A stretch of 64,000 nucleotides of DNA. Origin: Eledone cirrhosa (taxonomy: Eukaryota). Every line of letters begins with the position of its first letter. The stretch's first letter is position 1. The translations under genes and the position numbers were made by a program. The stretch is from positions 39,308,001-39,372,000 of the forward strand of contig OZ024743.1 in the NCBI GenBank assembly GCA_964016885.1, given 5' to 3'. The notes below the pieces were generated by a model, which made no database searches, was not told the origin of the DNA, and was given only the letters and a program-made list of their open reading frames with translations. Below, in pieces: positions 1 to 13,752 of the stretch.

Positions 1-199
1 ATAACCATTGAGAGGAAGTAGGAGATCCTGTAGTTGCTAGCTATATTAGCTCCGCATACGGGTCTTGTTGGTGGTCCTGTTGTCGGGTCGTCGACTGTCT
101 TGTGGTCTTTGCGGAGCCCATACAAGTGTGGCGCAAAGAAGACAAAATAAAATAAGATAAACAAACAAGCAAATAAATAAATAAATATATAGACAGACT

Positions 200-550
200 G
201 AACAAAAAATGGCGTAGACATACAACACAACGGGAGGAACAATGAAGATAACACCACTGACGATGTTGCAGATGTGCAACGAAAGATTTATGTAAATTAT
301 GTAAACTATATATATGTGTTTGTGTCTATATTGTATCTGTATTATTTTTGACCGCCGGTCAGTCAATGGCAACATTTAGGACCGGGTAAGTTAGATCGCA
401 GATATAAAAGACAGCGAGAAGCGAAAACCAAACAAACAGTGAGTGTGTTCTGTTATTAATTCTGGCAATATTACGCAAATATGACCCTCCCCAAATATAA
501 CAATATCTGTTTCGACACACGATTTCATATAAAAAAACATCACAAAACTA
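200..550 (+). mobile_element. Non-coding PLE-type terminal (pLTR-like) fragment with hammerhead, ending in (TA)n
   Basis: Contains HHR at 254-293. Its 3' part (ATGACCCTCCCCAAATATAACAATAT...ACACGATTTCA) recurs at 37890-38120, 61530-61610 and 63738-63765, each next to (TA)n. Confidence 0.55.
254..293 (+). ncRNA. Minimal type I hammerhead ribozyme motif (weak stem I)
   Basis: CUGACGA - u GUUGCA gaug UGCAAC - GAAA - GAUU - U A. Stem I has only about 2 bp. Confidence 0.6.
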
Positions 551-551
551 A

Positions 552-800
<249 letters not shown>

Positions 801-1397
801 GGTAGCTGCCAACTCGTTTTCGAGTACGGCCACTACTTTATATCCATGTAGGAGAACCACTACCGATGCGCTGAACTAGTGTGACTTTTTAGTCCAGCCA
901 GCAACTTGAAAACTCTGGTACAAACACTGCACTTGTGACAATTATTGACACATAGTGCTGGGCCCATGGTACCATGTGACGATAAGGGCAGAGAGATCTC
1001 CAGATATAAAGCAATACCTGTGCCATGAAGCTTTTATAGTGAGGAAAGGCACTGCACGAAGCCAGTCCCACTCTCTTAACCAACATGATATTTACCAAAA
1101 AGAAGAACAAGTTAACATCATTGGATACCATCAGGGTTGCAGGTGTTATATCAGATTTTTCCTTCTCCTAGAATTCTGCCTTGACAAAGGCTAAGGGGTC
1201 ATCTCTCCCGGTGATTTTGGATGGCCATTGAATCTTAAGAGTTCCTTTGACAGGTTTTGCTTGTAGTCCTGCAGGATGTCCAAAGTCATCTTCCTCACCA
1301 AGAAACCTTGGTGGGTTGCCAGTTTAGTCGCCAACGACCCGACCATGAGGCAGTTTAAACCGAGTTACATGTCAGGTCACCAGTTGGTGCTACTGGT

Positions 1398-1459
<62 letters not shown>

Positions 1460-1621
1460 TTAGAAATAACAGTCCAACACACACTACTTAATAAGCTCAC
1501 CTGTTGACGGAGCCGAAATATAAATGAAAGTTAGAGTTAATAACTCTGATACTAAATACTGAAATACTGAAACCCTGTAATTAACAAGCTCAAAGTAAAA
1601 ATACTGAGCATTATATATATT

Positions 1622-1805
1622 GGGTGGTGGATTGGCAGTATCGGTAGTGGGTCGGACGCCATGCTTTCCAGCATAGTTACGTCCCTTTACGATCTGAGTT
1701 CAAATCCCGCCGAGGTTTACTTTGCCTTTCATCCCTACGGGGTCGATAAAATAAAGTACCAGTAATGCACTGGTTAATTGCTGGCCTTGTGCCTAAAGTA
1801 GAAAC

Positions 1806-1810
<5 letters not shown>
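1622..1810 (+). mobile_element. tRNA-derived SINE with Nin/Deu-like central domain
   Basis: A-box-like TGGCAGTATCGG, B-box GAGTTCAAATCCC, body GCCTTTCATCCxTACGGGGTCGATAAAATAAAGTACCAG. At least 7 copies or fragments in the window. Confidence 0.85.
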
Positions 1811-1841
<31 letters not shown>

Positions 1842-1843
<2 letters not shown>

Positions 1844-2029
1844 GCGGTGGATTGGCAGTATCGGTAGAGGGTCGGACGCCATGCTTTCCAGCATAGTTGC
1901 GTCCCTTTACGATCTGAGTTCAAATCCCGCCGAGGTTGACTTTGCCTTTCATCCTTACGGGGTCGATAAAATAAAGTACCAGTAATGCACTGGTTAATTG
2001 CTGGCCTTGTGCTAAATTAGAAACAATTA
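1842..2029 (+). mobile_element. Second tandem copy of the same SINE
   Basis: Near-identical to 1622-1810, separated from it by (TA)n. Confidence 0.85.
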
Positions 2030-2036
2030 TATATAT

Positions 2037-2385
2037 GAACGAGTAGGAACCCGACGGCTGAGCTCAAGCCGTTTCGACGACTAATTCTGGACTAAATGAA
2101 ATGTTTATCCTTGTACATGAATAGCCGAGCTTCTCAGGGGGTAATTCCATATATGGTAAAAGTGAATGTCACAAGGATTGTTCAAAAGTGTGTTGCTGAG
2201 ACATATAATTCTATCATGGCATTTGGTGGAAGGGGTAGCTGAACGTGCCAGTAGAAGAAAGAGGGTGAGGGGGTAGGGGAAACCCAGTCGTGCGTTGATA
2301 ATGCCAACTACAGTAGTTAGCACTATCAACGCACGACTGGGTTTCCTCCACTCCCTCTCCCGCTCAGCCGCCGGGGTCCTACTCG

Positions 2386-2388
<3 letters not shown>
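2037..2388 (-). mobile_element. HHR-bearing PLE-type terminal fragment (family F) with terminal inversion
   Basis: Homologous to 22683-22826, 35874-36300 and 50759-50960. 2320-2388 is an inverted copy of parts of 2037-2300. Flanked by (TA)n. Confidence 0.7.
2048..2142 (-). ncRNA. Type I hammerhead, family F (C3/A8 mismatched core in this copy)
   Basis: Minus strand: ACCCC-CUGAGAA-GCUCGGCUA...UAGUCGUC-GAAA-CGGC uugagcuca GCCG-U C-GGGUU. Confidence 0.6.
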
Positions 2389-2415
<27 letters not shown>

Positions 2416-2422
<7 letters not shown>

Positions 2423-2597
2423 TTCTACTTTAGGCAGCAATTAACCAGTACTTTACCGGTACTTTATTTTATCGACCCCTTAAGGATGAAAGGCAAGGTC
2501 AACCTCGGCGGGATTTGAACTCAGATCGTAAAGGGACGTAACTATGCTGGAAAGCATGGCGTCCGACCCTCTACCGATACTCCCAATCCATCGCCCT
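2416..2597 (-). mobile_element. tRNA-derived SINE copy
   Basis: Reverse complement of 1842-2029 with a small 3' deletion. Confidence 0.85.
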
Positions 2598-3010
2598 CCA
2601 CCGAAATATAAATGAAAGTTAGAGTTACTAACTCATACTGAAACCCTGTAATTAACAAGCTCAAAGTATAAATACTGATCATTATATATATATATATATA
2701 TATAAAATGATCAGTATTTATACTTTATTTTATATTTCGGCTCCTTCAACAGGTGAGCTAGTTAAGTTGTGTGTGTTGGACTGTTATTTCTAACCAATAC
2801 AGTCACACCACTTTTGACTTACGGAACACGAGGTGATGAATTCATTTTTCTGACATGCGCGATACCAGCTGTAGACAAAGCTTAAAGATTTTAATGAAGA
2901 GATCTAAGCATTTATTGAAAATCAATCGCGTAACAGCATCGATTGATTTGGTTATCACGACCAGCGTTGTCGCTAATAATGTATGTTCTCTCTCTCGCTC
3001 CCTCTCTCTC

Positions 3011-3117
<107 letters not shown>

Positions 3118-3239
3118 AACATATGTCGCAGCCACTCCACACTGTAAATATGAAACTGTTGTTGACAGCATTGATATCAATGTATCTATATTATTTTTCA
3201 GTTGAATAGGAAGTTACCTATATGTACAAACATTACTAG

Positions 3240-3286
3240 TGCTCCGATGATCCCAAACGAAAGTTTGGAAGAAACGATTGTCAGTA
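3240..3286 (+). ncRNA. Hammerhead motif with U4C core (CCGAUGA)
   Basis: UGCU-CCGAUGA-u CCCAAAC gaaa GUUUGGA a-GAAA-CGAUUG-U C-AGUA. All three stems are formable. Confidence 0.6.
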
Positions 3287-3378
3287 ATAAAATGACTTTA
3301 ACATAACTTTGATTATTGTGTAATTTATATATATATGTATATATGTACACACACACACACACACACACATACACACAT

Positions 3379-3442
<64 letters not shown>

Positions 3443-3539
3443 TGTTTGTTAAAATAATCAAATTCAATTAAGAGTTAAACACACATATGGATAATAAGGG
3501 TGTTACCAAACAGCCAGAAGATTCACAAGTCGACCCTAA

Positions 3540-3913
3540 ATGGGAGAGCCATGAACGACATCGCATCTTTTTAGCTTTGATTTTGATTTCATTATAATTC
3601 GTGTAGCTGTGTCGGCGGCCTAGTTGGAGGAATCATAGACGGGGAGATCCTTGTCTGAAGTTCAATGTTGGTCGGGATTAGGGTTCCAGGTAAACCTTTT
3701 CAAATATTTTCTCTGATGTAAAACAAAAACTAAGAATGATTACATGTACCTCTTCACCAGGATTGAACCCAAGGTCCGGATCTCCACCGTCTCTAGTATC
3801 CATCGCTAGGCCACAGAGACAACTACGAAAATCGTATAAAAATTCATACTTATAAACCTACTTTCAAAATTTTCAAAGCAAAGTGTTGCAGTGTCGTTCA
3901 TGTGTTTCTTAAT
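3540..3913. mobile_element. MITE-like fold-back with diverged long inverted arms containing tRNA-like motifs
   Basis: CATGAACGACA...GCTTTGA...GTAGCTGT..GGCCTAG..GGAGATCC..GTTCAAT at the left is mirrored by its reverse complement at 3750-3905. Confidence 0.55.
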
Positions 3914-4273
3914 GGTATTGCTCCTACTTAAGGTATTCCATAAACTACATCCTCGTTTTGTTTCTCATCTATCTAGACTCTATTTTTACCTGTATTCCAT
4001 GTTTCATTTCTGTTGCCCCTCATTTCTCCACACCCACTACCACTGATTCCAGCTATTTGCACTATCATATATTTTAGTTTCTATTTATACCTTGAGGAAT
4101 TGGTTGACCAAATGCTTAATTCTTTTTTTTTTTTTAAATGTGTTCGTACTGTTAGACTTCAGATATCTTTTGAAAGAAAAGCACTGGCACCAAAAATACT
4201 ACAGTGGGCCCTGCAATGCTACCGTCGGCGTCCTAGGGCCCACTTGCCATTGGCAAGCTGGACAGTCTGCCAC

Positions 4274-4328
<55 letters not shown>

Positions 4329-4418
4329 GAAAATTTAAAAAAAAACAATAACATCTAACACAATAAGGAGTACAGTTACGAAAAGTATTTGGTATTGTGT
4401 TCACGCTTGAGAGTGGGT

Positions 4419-4469
<51 letters not shown>

Positions 4470-4501
4470 TTATAATATATGTGTGCATATATATATATAT
4501 A

Positions 4502-5338
4502 TATACAAGTGGAAGCTTAGTAAAATCGAAGGTTTGGCTGTGGCCAAGCAAAGTCGAGCTACAATAAGGAATGAGTAGCAAAGCACTCAATAAATGTAGC
4601 TCTTAGAGTAATAACATTACGTTTAAATAGCTTGGCAAATTGAAAATTGCGGTAGGCAAAACCCAACCATACAATACCAAAACAATGAAAGAACTAATCA
4701 GCTTAAAACAACAGACAGGACAGATTGTACGATATTCTGCATTACGTCCGGCATGTTTCTATGAATCAAAATCATCAATTCAACTCACGCAACACATAAG
4801 CTTATGGTATTCCATGATCGAAAAGAGGCCTCCCTTCATCGACAGGTATTTCGTTCTTTTGCATCAAACGGGTGTGAACTTAACTCCATGCGACCGCTAC
4901 AATAGACAGCCTTCACTCATTTTGTTGTCACGGGTTATTTCCCACATGGGAAGCAACCCCCGGTTTTAGGCTGATAAATTCAAAATGTTAACAAAGAAAA
5001 ATAAATCCGCTCAATATTCCGAATAAAAGCTCTCAACTAGATGTTATTAAACAAACACAAATAATTAACCAATCAACAGAATTGTCTAATTAAATTAATT
5101 AATTGATTATTATGTCTAGGATATAATAATACAAGTGGAAGCTTAGTAAAATCGAAGCTTTGGCTGTTGCCAAGCAAAATCGACCTAGTATAAGGCATCA
5201 GTAACAAAGCACTCAATAACGGTAGGTCCTTAGGTTAATAACAATACGTTTAAATAGTTTGACAAATTGAAAATTGCGGTAGGCGAAAACCCAACCATAC
5301 AATAATAAAACAACAAAAGAACTAATCAGGTTAAAACA

Positions 5339-5342
<4 letters not shown>
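4502..5342. mobile_element. Non-coding element with ~210-bp direct terminal repeats, inserted in (TA)n
   Basis: ATACAAGTGGAAGCTTAGTAAAATCGAAG...TTAAAACAAC occurs at 4502-4712 and again at ~5129-5340. Confidence 0.7.
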
Positions 5343-5409
<67 letters not shown>

Positions 5410-5849
5410 GGCTGTATGTATGTTTATATGTAGGGGAGTAAATATGTCAGCTATCATGACTCCACACCCAAGGGCACTCCCAATCAATTATCTTGCTCTA
5501 ACCATTCACTATTTTCTGAATATAAATATATGCTTAATTCCTTTAAATCTTCATCAACATTCTCATCACTCCCACACTTATTACCCCCCTCCCCTCCCCG
5601 ACAAATCTCTTATATGTATATATAGAGTCACACATCACAACATAACCTGCGATCAGTTTCACCATCACCAGCGACGAATGCGAGAAACTTCTCCAGGAAA
5701 GTTAACCAGGAATCTTTAGAAGTTATCAAAGAACTTACTAGGTCTAAAAAAACAAATTGTATATTTATAATATTATAAAAATAAATTGAATTGTTTAGAA
5801 CCGCAAGTAAAGTCATTCTTTCCCTTTTTAATATATATATATATACATA

Positions 5850-6806
<957 letters not shown>

Positions 6807-6958
6807 TACACGGGTGTGTATGATTGTGTATAGAAGATTATATTAATAAGAGGAATTCCAACTTTGTGTGATTTATTCGTTTTATTTACAATCCTTTAAA
6901 ATATATAATGGTATTATAATGAAATAGTATGATAGAATATTAAATTCTAAGTGTTAAT

Positions 6959-6997
6959 TGAACAAGTACTTTCATGCTTTCGCAATCTTCAGGTTCA
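6959..6997 (-). ncRNA. Minimal type I hammerhead, family A
   Basis: Reverse complement of UGAAC-CUGAAGA-uUGC gaaa GCAu-GAAA-GUAC-UU-GUUCA. Confidence 0.85.
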
Positions 6998-7353
6998 TAA
7001 TATGTGGTGACAGTCAAGTTTGCAATTTTCAACTGTAATAAGATGGGTAAATTTCCTACCTTTTATACCTTTTATACAGAGAAAAGTGGCTCCGGAATGC
7101 TAAGCCCTGTAAACTGTATTTCGACCAATCACTGTGTAGTTTCACTGAATTACTAAAGCTGATTGGTTTAAGCGTCACGGCTGGTTGAGCATGTCTAACG
7201 ACCAATAATCATATCCAAAGCATCAATTGTTTTGCTATTTTTAGAAATGATGAAAATAGCATTTTCTATTAATCACTTTTATTATTATTATTATTATTGT
7301 TGTTGTTAGTGGTCGTAGTCATAGTGGTAGTAGAAGTAATACCCCAAGCGTTA

Positions 7354-8064
7354 TTATTGTTCATTTAGCTTGGGTTTGAATTTATCAATAAAATTATTTT
7401 CTTTGATTTTTCTCTTGATTTCACTTGGGCTGTGTAATTTGTAGAATGGAAATATTATAAATATTCCCTGACCACATGTTGCTAGATGGTTACTTAAGGG
7501 TATCTGACGGACATTTTGGTCTCTGATTTGTTGACGGTGTACCCGTGCACGTTCCGATAGTGCATTTCCAGTTTGACCGACATATAGTCCTTCACAATTC
7601 GGGCACTTAATGTAGTAAATTAGATTTCTGCTTTTGCAGTTCATATTTGCATTTGGGAATATTCTTCCAGTTTTTGTTTTCATATATTGACCGTCGTGTA
7701 TGGATTGACATGTGCCGCATCGACTATCATTACATTTAGATACAGTGAATGATTGGTCTTTGTTGTTAAGGTCAAGCTTTGCTTTTGTTAGTAATTGCTT
7801 CAAATTGTTTGGCTGTCTTTTACTAAGAGTCAAAGATCGATCTGTGATTAAGCCTTTTAATTCATTACTTTGAGCAATGATCGGTAGGTTTGCTTTGGCA
7901 GTGTTGAAGATATTCTGGTGACATGGGTTGTGTGTCATTATAAATGGTATGACCAGTTCTTGGTTTCTTCTTGCTTGGGTTGTCCTAAGTTGTTGTATAG
8001 GTATTTTTATAGCCCGCTGAATGCCATTTTCTATAAGTAGAGATGGGTATTTTTGTTTGAGCAA
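7354..8064 (-). pseudogene. C-terminal fragment of Neptune-type PLE protein (Cys-rich linker + GIY-YIG endonuclease)
   Basis: CNDSRCGTC linker, NLIY..CPNC..LYVGQTG GIY-YIG motif, conserved R/H/E/N residues. 5'-truncated. Confidence 0.9.
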
Positions 8065-8173
8065 AAATTCTCTTAGTTCGGTTAGGCGTTTGTACCTGGT
8101 GTAGGTTATTCAGGAGGATATTGAACTCATCCTCCTGAATAAGCTACACCCATCTTTCCAATTCACAAAAGAG

Positions 8174-9115
8174 ATGAGTAGGACCAAATTACCATTCCTA
8201 GATATAATGATAATCAAAAATGACACCACCATTACCACAGATATATATTATAAACACACAGACACCCATCAATATCTGAATTTTAAGTCGTGCCATCCAC
8301 CTCATACAAAACGCAACATCCCATACTGCCTAGCCAGAATAATTTGTACCATTGTAGAAGATACGAATACCAGGTACAAACGCCTAACAGAACTAAGAGA
8401 ATGTTTGCTCAAACAAAAATACCCATCTCTACTTATAGAAAATGGCATACAGCGGGCTATAAAAATACCTATACAACAACTTAGGACAACCCAAGGAAGA
8501 AGAAACCAAGAACTGGTCATACCATTTATAATGACACACAACCCATGTCACCAGAATATCTTCAACACTGCCAAAGCAAACCCACCGATCGTTGCTCAAA
8601 GTAATGAATTAAAAGGCTTAATCACAGATCGATCTTTGACTCTTAGTAAAAGAGAGCCAACAAATTTGAAGCAATTACTAACAAAAGCAAAGTTTGACCT
8701 TAACAACAAATACCAATCATTCACTGTATCTAAATGCAATGATAGTCGATGTGGTACATGTCAATCCATACACGCCGGTCAATATATGAAAACAAAAACT
8801 GGAAAAATATTCCCAAATGCAAATATGATCTGCAAAAGCAGAAATCTAATTTACTGCATTAAATGCCCGAATTGTGAAGGACTATATGTCGGTCAAACTG
8901 GAAATGCACTATCGGAACGTGCACGGGTACACCGTCAACAAATCAGAGACCCAAATGTCCGTCAGATACCCCTAAGTAACCATCTAGCAACATGTGGTCA
9001 GGGAATATTTATAATATTCCCATTCTACAAATTACACAGCCCAAGTGAAATCAAGAGAAAAATCAAAGAAAATAATTTTATTGATAAATTCAAACCCAAG
9101 CTAAATGAACAATAA
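8174..9115 (+). pseudogene. 5'-truncated Neptune-type PLE ORF (RT thumb + linker + GIY-YIG)
   Basis: LPFLD, TDIYYKHTDTHQYLNFKSCHP, CxxxxCxxC and GIY-YIG. Open frame but lacks the RT core. Confidence 0.92.
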
Positions 9116-9119
9116 TAAC

Positions 9120-9244
9120 TGTTTCTACTTTTGGCACAAGGCCAGCAATTACCCAGTGCATTACTGGTACTTTATTTTATCGACCCCGTAAGGATGAAAG
9201 GCAAAGTCCACCTCGGCGGGTTGACTTTGCCTTTCATCCTTACG
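9120..9244. mobile_element. Truncated SINE with its own short inversion, inserted just after the PLE stop codon
   Basis: 9120-~9217 is the SINE 3' half on minus. ~9219-9244 (GGTTGACTTTGCCTTTCATCCTTACG) is the same SINE on plus. Absent from the left arm. Confidence 0.8.
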
Positions 9245-9280
9245 TATATTACTTCTACTACCACTATGACTACGACCACT

Positions 9281-9313
<33 letters not shown>

Positions 9314-9620
9314 AATAATAATAACAGTGATGTTGATGGTGATGATTAATAGAAAATGCTATTTTCATCATTTCTAAAAATAGCAAAACAATTGATGCTT
9401 TGGATATGATTATTGGTCGTTAGACATGCTCAACCAGCCGTGACGCTTAAACCAATCAGATTTAGTAATTCAGTGAAACTACACACTGATTGGTCGAAAT
9501 ACAGTTTACAGGGCTTAGCATTCTGGAGCCACTTTTCTCTGTATAAAATGTATAAAAGGTAGGAAATTTACCCATCTAATTACAGTTGAAAATTGCAAAC
9601 TTGACTGTCACCACATATTA

Positions 9621-9659
9621 TGAACCTGAAGATTGCGAAAGCATGAAAGTACTTGTTCA
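9621..9659 (+). ncRNA. Minimal type I hammerhead, family A
   Basis: UGAAC-CUGAAGA-uUGC gaaa GCAu-GAAA-GUAC (palindrome)-U U-GUUCA. Canonical core, 5-bp stem I. Confidence 0.88.
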
Positions 9660-9772
9660 ATTAACACTTAGAATTTAATATTGCTTATACTATTTCATTA
9701 TAATACCATTATATATGTTAAAGGATTGTAAATAAAATGAGTAAATCAGACAAAGTTGGAATTCCTCTTATT

Positions 9773-9803
<31 letters not shown>

Positions 9804-9939
9804 ATAAATCTACAAAGAGTTTACGGTAGTGTCCAATCCGTATGAAGAACTCAATGTAATCCGGATATCATGGAAAGAAGAGATGCAATGAAAAATCACT
9901 TTCGGTGAAAGATAAACGGAAAACAGAGTCAAGATGAAA

Positions 9940-10084
9940 TATTTCTGAAGACGGCATATATATGTGTTTGGTATGTATATTTAATTTTGATAGTTTGTAT
10001 AATTTTGTATAATTTTGTACATAGATCTGTTGAATATGCATGCCAATTCTAACACATATATATCCTAGAAACGATCGTTAAATA
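9940..10084 (+). ncRNA. Type I hammerhead with ~115-nt extended stem II
   Basis: UAUUU-CUGAAGA-...AUAUAUAUGUGUU...AACACAUAUAUAU...-GAAA-CGAUCG (palindrome)-U U-AAAUA. Confidence 0.72.
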
Positions 10085-10142
10085 ATGAACTTTTTTTGTT
10101 TAATATAAGGAACTGTTTCATTGTTTTATTCATTATTTTTTA

Positions 10143-10700
<558 letters not shown>

Positions 10701-11004
10701 TTTCACCGTTAGACCTGTGCGAAATTCTTTCACTGCTCACATTTCAGCCAGGTTTGATGGTCTTTATTCTCTCTCGTTCACGATTTCACCGAACTTATAT
10801 TCATGGAAATTTTTGGACTTGACTCGCTCTTCCTCATTTTTCGTTGCTTCACCATCTTTGTTTGTTTACACTCTCGCTGTTCCCTTGATTTATAAGTCCC
10901 AACGACTTTCTTTAGCCGTTGCTCGCACCCACCGGAGGTATATGGTCTTTAAAGCGAAGAAATACCAATGATGGTTGGAAGATCACTGATGAAGGACCAC
11001 TTTA

Positions 11005-11053
<49 letters not shown>

Positions 11054-11577
11054 CATATATATATACATATATATATATATCAACACACTCATATATATAT
11101 ATATATATATATAAATGAAAAATGGCGAGCTGTGTTGTTGCATTTATGATATATATAATAAAGAATTAGAATTAAAAGCCAGGACTAACCATCATCAGTG
11201 GTCTACTAGCCATCATAGGTATGTCTTCGCATTACAGACCATATACCTCCGGCTAGGGCAATACAATAACTAAATTAAGGTATTGGGATAAAAAGATTTG
11301 GGTGGAGAAAGAGAGACAGGTAAACAAACAAGAATTGTGAGGCATCGTAAAGAGAGGAAAAAATTAGAAAATCAAGTCAATAATTCATTTTGAACATAAG
11401 AACGTGCGAATATTGGCGATGAGGCAAAATACACGTCTTGGCCGTGCGAATGCGAGCGAGGAAAGAATTCCGTACGGTTTAGGACGATGGAGGAAGTGAG
11501 GAAGATGGTGAGTAGCAGAGAGTGAATGAGTGAAAGTGTGAGGAAGTGGCTAGCATAGCGAGGTTGACTAGCAGAGG

Positions 11578-11616
<39 letters not shown>

Positions 11617-12317
11617 TTAATGCACTAAACTTCGGACTAAACTAAAACTGGAACGAACAATCAAACATTTACAAATACCTATGTCTCTCTAAAGAGTTAC
11701 CTCCCTAACACCCTACCTAATCCTTTTTCTTAAATAAATTAAATATTATGCAGCATGAATTACATCCCCCTGTATATTAACTCTCTAAAAAGGGAAATAT
11801 TATCAAATCCTTGTCCACCATTTGCCTCCATCATGGATCAACTAAACACCCTTGCTATATTAACACATTTTGATCTGCTTAACTTCAAGAACTATGCCTG
11901 TAAATAACATTATTTTTCCTTCCACACTGACTTTTTATGCTCCACATTACGTCCCCTTTTTCGTTTTTTCTTTTTTCTTTTCACTTTATAAACCTTGTTT
12001 GTAAATAACATTAATTTTTCTGCACCATTTCTTTAACATGTCCAACACCACCATTCTACACCAATACATATTACTATCATGATAATGCATAAAAATGCTG
12101 AAACTGGTAATAAATCAACTAATACCATAACACATAACACACATTTAAATATTTCGTTTTAATCATTTTCTAACCCAGAAAAGAAAGTAAAGGAAATAAA
12201 AAAAGAAAACAAATATTTTTCTTCCTAATAATCGTCTTTCTCTCCCTACTTTCGTATATATATATATATATGAAATACGTTGAGTGCTTGAACAGAATTG
12301 CATCAATGTTTACCCTA

Positions 12318-12429
<112 letters not shown>

Positions 12430-12676
12430 TTATTTATATATATATACATATATATAATAAGAAGATGCAAAGTAGTTTAGATGTTAAATTTCTTTAATGA
12501 TAATGCTGTGATACATATTTCAATGACGACAGCGGTGACCCTCTTCGGTGTACCCAGTGTCATGACATCATCAGGCAGCTTCTTACATAATAAGGTTATG
12601 TACACGTAATCCAAATTGAATCGACAAGGGAACGGACAAAGCAGGTACTCTTGGGTCCTTCGCTATATACATATTT

Positions 12677-12799
<123 letters not shown>

Positions 12800-13374
12800 G
12801 GTAATGCTAGGGAGATGATTAAATTATAGTAAGTAGTTTTGGAAGGGGGATGAATATTACTGATATATTATCCAAACATTGAACCACAGCACCGTCCTGC
12901 AGAAGGGAGGGTGAATTACAGTATGAAACGTAGTAATTAGACAAATAATTAGTTAATATCTTCTTCTATCACAGGAATCAAAACAGAATGTACATACATA
13001 TATGCAAATTGGGAAAGGAGCCATGTATGAGAAAAAAATATCAGAACATATAAGAAAAAATACACGAGTAAGATAAATAAGGAAGATAAACTGTATGGAA
13101 TGAGAGTATAAGTTGTTAAATTCTGGTCAATTCTGGTCAATGCATATAAAAGTTCATATTTGCAAATGCCATTTGCTGCAGGAAAATAAGGGGTTTAAAG
13201 TTGCCTTTAACGTTGCTTATTTATTCGGTCTAAAGTTACTTTATAATTGTATTTCCGTCTAGCAGTAGGGTTTTCAATGTGTGTAATCAGTCCCATTACA
13301 GAGGGAATTTCCGGGTGTAGCCGATGGTCGGTACCTCACTTCTTCACAATATCGGTTGCATCGTGGAGCGCCCA

Positions 13375-13463
<89 letters not shown>

Positions 13464-13465
13464 TG

Positions 13466-13506
<41 letters not shown>

Positions 13507-13705
13507 GTGTATGTGTGCGGGTGTATGTGTGTGTGTGTGTGTATGAACTGGGCTGTAAGTTTCTATACAAAACAGTGGCTACATAGAAAAGATGAAGTTA
13601 GTATATATTATGGTCTGTTTTTCTTATATTTTCCCTTCTTTGATTCGTCAAAGTGACATTATTGAAAACATGAGAGGGACAATTCTTTTATATAAAGTAT
13701 ATAAA

Positions 13706-13752
13706 GTAGTACCGGTTTCGATGTGTTAGTAAAACTCATCTTATCAAATGTT
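13706..13752 (-). ncRNA. Hammerhead-like motif with U3:A8 core (family H)
   Basis: Minus strand: UUGAUAA-GAUG...CAUC-GAAA-CCGG-U A. Stem I is degenerate. Homologous to 61810-61857 and 62727-62774. Confidence 0.55.

Noticed and set aside
1495-1530. CUGUUGA-cGGagCC-GAAA-UAUA hammerhead-like string (also minus at ~2730-2755)
   Set aside because: A6 is substituted, stem II is only 2 bp, and there is no convincing U16.1-H17 or stem I.
1622-1710. tRNA gene
   Set aside because: A/B boxes are present but there is no cloverleaf, and it continues into a repeated SINE body.
12075-12115. Remnant resembling a hammerhead (AUGAUAA-GCAU..AUGC-GAAA-CUGG-UA)
   Set aside because: Core too degenerate to call. 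Possibly a decayed motif.
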